NCBI GenBank assembly: GCA_054600435.1
Contig: BAAIJX010000108.1
Location: 1-34,173 of the forward strand
Reading direction: 5' to 3'
Source: Neophaeotheca triangularis
Lineage: Eukaryota
DNA: 34,173 nucleotides
Under the pieces are notes generated by a model. It ran no database searches, had not been told where the DNA came from, and saw nothing but the letters and a program-made list of their open reading frames with translations. Of the stretch, positions 32,638 to 34,173 are shown piece by piece. The translations under genes and the position numbers were made by a program. Numbering within the stretch: position 1 is the stretch's first letter; every line of letters starts with the position of its first letter.

Positions 32638-33597
32638 TCAGCCAACGTCACCACCGTCACCGCCTCCATCTTCCTCCCTCCCAACACCCTCCTCACTAAC
32701 CCCCTCAACCTCCCTCCTAAGCCTCTCCCATGCCCTCCTCAAATCATCACGCCAATCTCCCTCGCCGCAGTCATGCAAGTCACCAGAACCCGCAACCCCT
32801 CCACCGCCCCCTCTTTCATCCCCCTGAAACCGCCTCCTCGCGCCATCACCTCCCCCCGCATCCCCCTCAACTCCAGCTCCCCCTACCGCTCCGGCCCCAC
32901 CTACTCCATCCCCACGACCCTCCCCACCCCCAATATCCACCGCATCCAACACCGCCCTCCTCCTACTCCGATACCCCTCCAACACCCTCCCCAGCTCCCG
33001 CCCCCTCCCCACCCTCTCCCTAGGATCCAACCAAAAAGCATCCCCCTCCTCCAAAAAGAACCCAGGAGCCCAACCCATCACCGACAAGCGCAACGAAGGA
33101 TGCAAAAGTGCCGCACGCGACGGTGTCGGAAGCGATCCCTGCCAAAACCCAAAATCACTCGCCGGCGGCCCGCAACTTCCCAGTCGAAATCCAGCAGGGT
33201 CGTAGTATCTCGAGCTTCGAGCCGAGGAGCGACAACCCCGGCCGGCAACAGCCGCAGCAGCAGCGACACCGACACCGACACCGCCATCAGGCCCGAGACT
33301 GCTCGTTCCCACAGGCGCACAAGACGCAACCCCATCACCCGACCGCGCCAGCCTCCCCACCGACATCTCCCCGCCCCGCACACCCTTTCCTTCCCCGCCA
33401 GTTCCACCCACGAACCCGCACGCCAGACACTCGACCGGCGGCGCCTCCGCCGGCAACGGCGGAAACCGTTCCGAGTTCCCTTCCCCTTTGCGTCTCGCCG
33501 GACACAGCTGGCCCCGCTCTCTCGCGTGAGAGCATCGGGCGGCTAGCTCTTGGGCTTGGTTGCAGGAGGGACAGGTGTGGGTGTGGTAGTTGCACAT
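32638..33597 (-). CDS. Hypothetical protein with a Cys/His-rich N-terminus (319 aa)
   Basis: ATG preceded by an A-run. N-terminus MCNYHTHTCPSC..C..C..CLAC looks like a metal-binding motif; the rest is Gly-rich low-complexity sequence. No family recognised. Confidence 0.45.
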   Translation of the reverse strand: MCNYHTHTCPSCNQAQELAARCSHARERGQLCPARRKGEGNSERFPPLPAEAPPVECLACGFVGGTGGEGKGVRGGEMSVGRLARSGDGVASCAPVGTSSLGPDGGVGVGVAAAAAVAGRGCRSSARSSRYYDPAGFRLGSCGPPASDFGFWQGSLPTPSRAALLHPSLRLSVMGWAPGFFLEEGDAFWLDPRERVGRGRELGRVLEGYRSRRRAVLDAVDIGGGEGRGDGVGGAGAVGGAGVEGDAGGGDGARRRFQGDERGGGGGVAGSGDLHDCGEGDWRDDLRRAWERLRREVEGVSEEGVGREEDGGGDGGDVG

Positions 33598-34073
33598 TTT
33601 TTTTTTCTTTCTATTTCTTTAACTTTAAGGGGGGGAGTCTTCCTTTTTCACCGCTGTGGAAGGTAAGATTTTCCAGTGCCGTGGGTGAGAGTGAGTGTTG
33701 TATTGTTTGCCGGGTTTTCCTTCGGTGGGGGGGAAGTCGGTGGATTTTTTTTTCTCCCCTTTGTGGCGGGGGTCCTTGCTTCACTTTGAAAGGGCGATAT
33801 GTAACCGTTGTGAGCCCTAGCTTTTCGTTTTTCTTTTCCACGGCGGTTGATTAGCTTGGTTTCGGTTTTGGAAGCGAGAGCTATTACTCTATACTTCCAG
33901 ACAAGAGCAGGGCGTGGAGCGCCAAAGGTCTACGATTGCGGGTAATTGCAATGGCAAAGTTGGGGTAGAAATAGATAAGTCTCTTTTTTTCCCAATTGGT
34001 ATTGTCATAATAAAACCCCCCAACAAAAGAAGAAACGCCGCGATTTAACAAATGTCTCGTAGATTGGGTTTGC

Positions 34074-34173
34074 GGGGGGGGGGGGGGGGGGGATTAAATT
34101 TAAAAAACAAAATTAAAAATTAATTTATTTTATTTTAAGAGATTTTTATTTAATGGATAGTGTTTTTATTTAT
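34074..34173. other. G19 run followed by very AT-rich low-complexity tail, probably low-quality read end
   Basis: Poly-G at 34074-34092, then A/T homopolymer-rich sequence unlike the rest of the window. Confidence 0.6.

Noticed and set aside
34093..34173. AT-rich end as a centromere or RIP boundary
   Set aside because: Only about 80 bp after a G19 run at the contig end; it cannot be distinguished from low-quality read tail.

Overview
Eukaryotic DNA from a filamentous ascomycete (Pezizomycotina, probably a Dothideomycete). The evidence is short GT-AG introns of 48-89 nt with CTAAC/CTGAC-type branch points and fungal-type proteins. The window looks like a whole contig, with poly-C and poly-G/AT-rich ends that are probably artefacts. 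I reconstructed 11 protein-coding genes by hand: secreted GH37 trehalase (-), a conserved fungal membrane protein (-), peroxisomal D-amino-acid oxidase (+), GH43 endo-arabinanase (+), PiT/PHO89 phosphate symporter (-), MCT-family MFS transporter (+), arylsulfotransferase ASST (+), cytosolic IleRS (+), kinesin-1 (+) and two hypothetical proteins (-). I found no tRNA, rRNA, transposon, CRISPR array or secondary-metabolite core gene, and no clearly new multi-gene system. The strongest unexplained signal is a recurring sharp switch from C/A-rich to G/T-rich sequence every few kb, inside genes of either orientation, strong enough to bias protein composition. Also notable: an IleRS with substitutions in normally conserved motifs, three stop-free in-frame introns, a uORF or frameshift at the MFS start, plausible Pho4, CreA and Gcn4/CpcA sites upstream of the expected genes, and a dense GTAC cluster. 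All comparisons to homologs are from memory; no searches were run.
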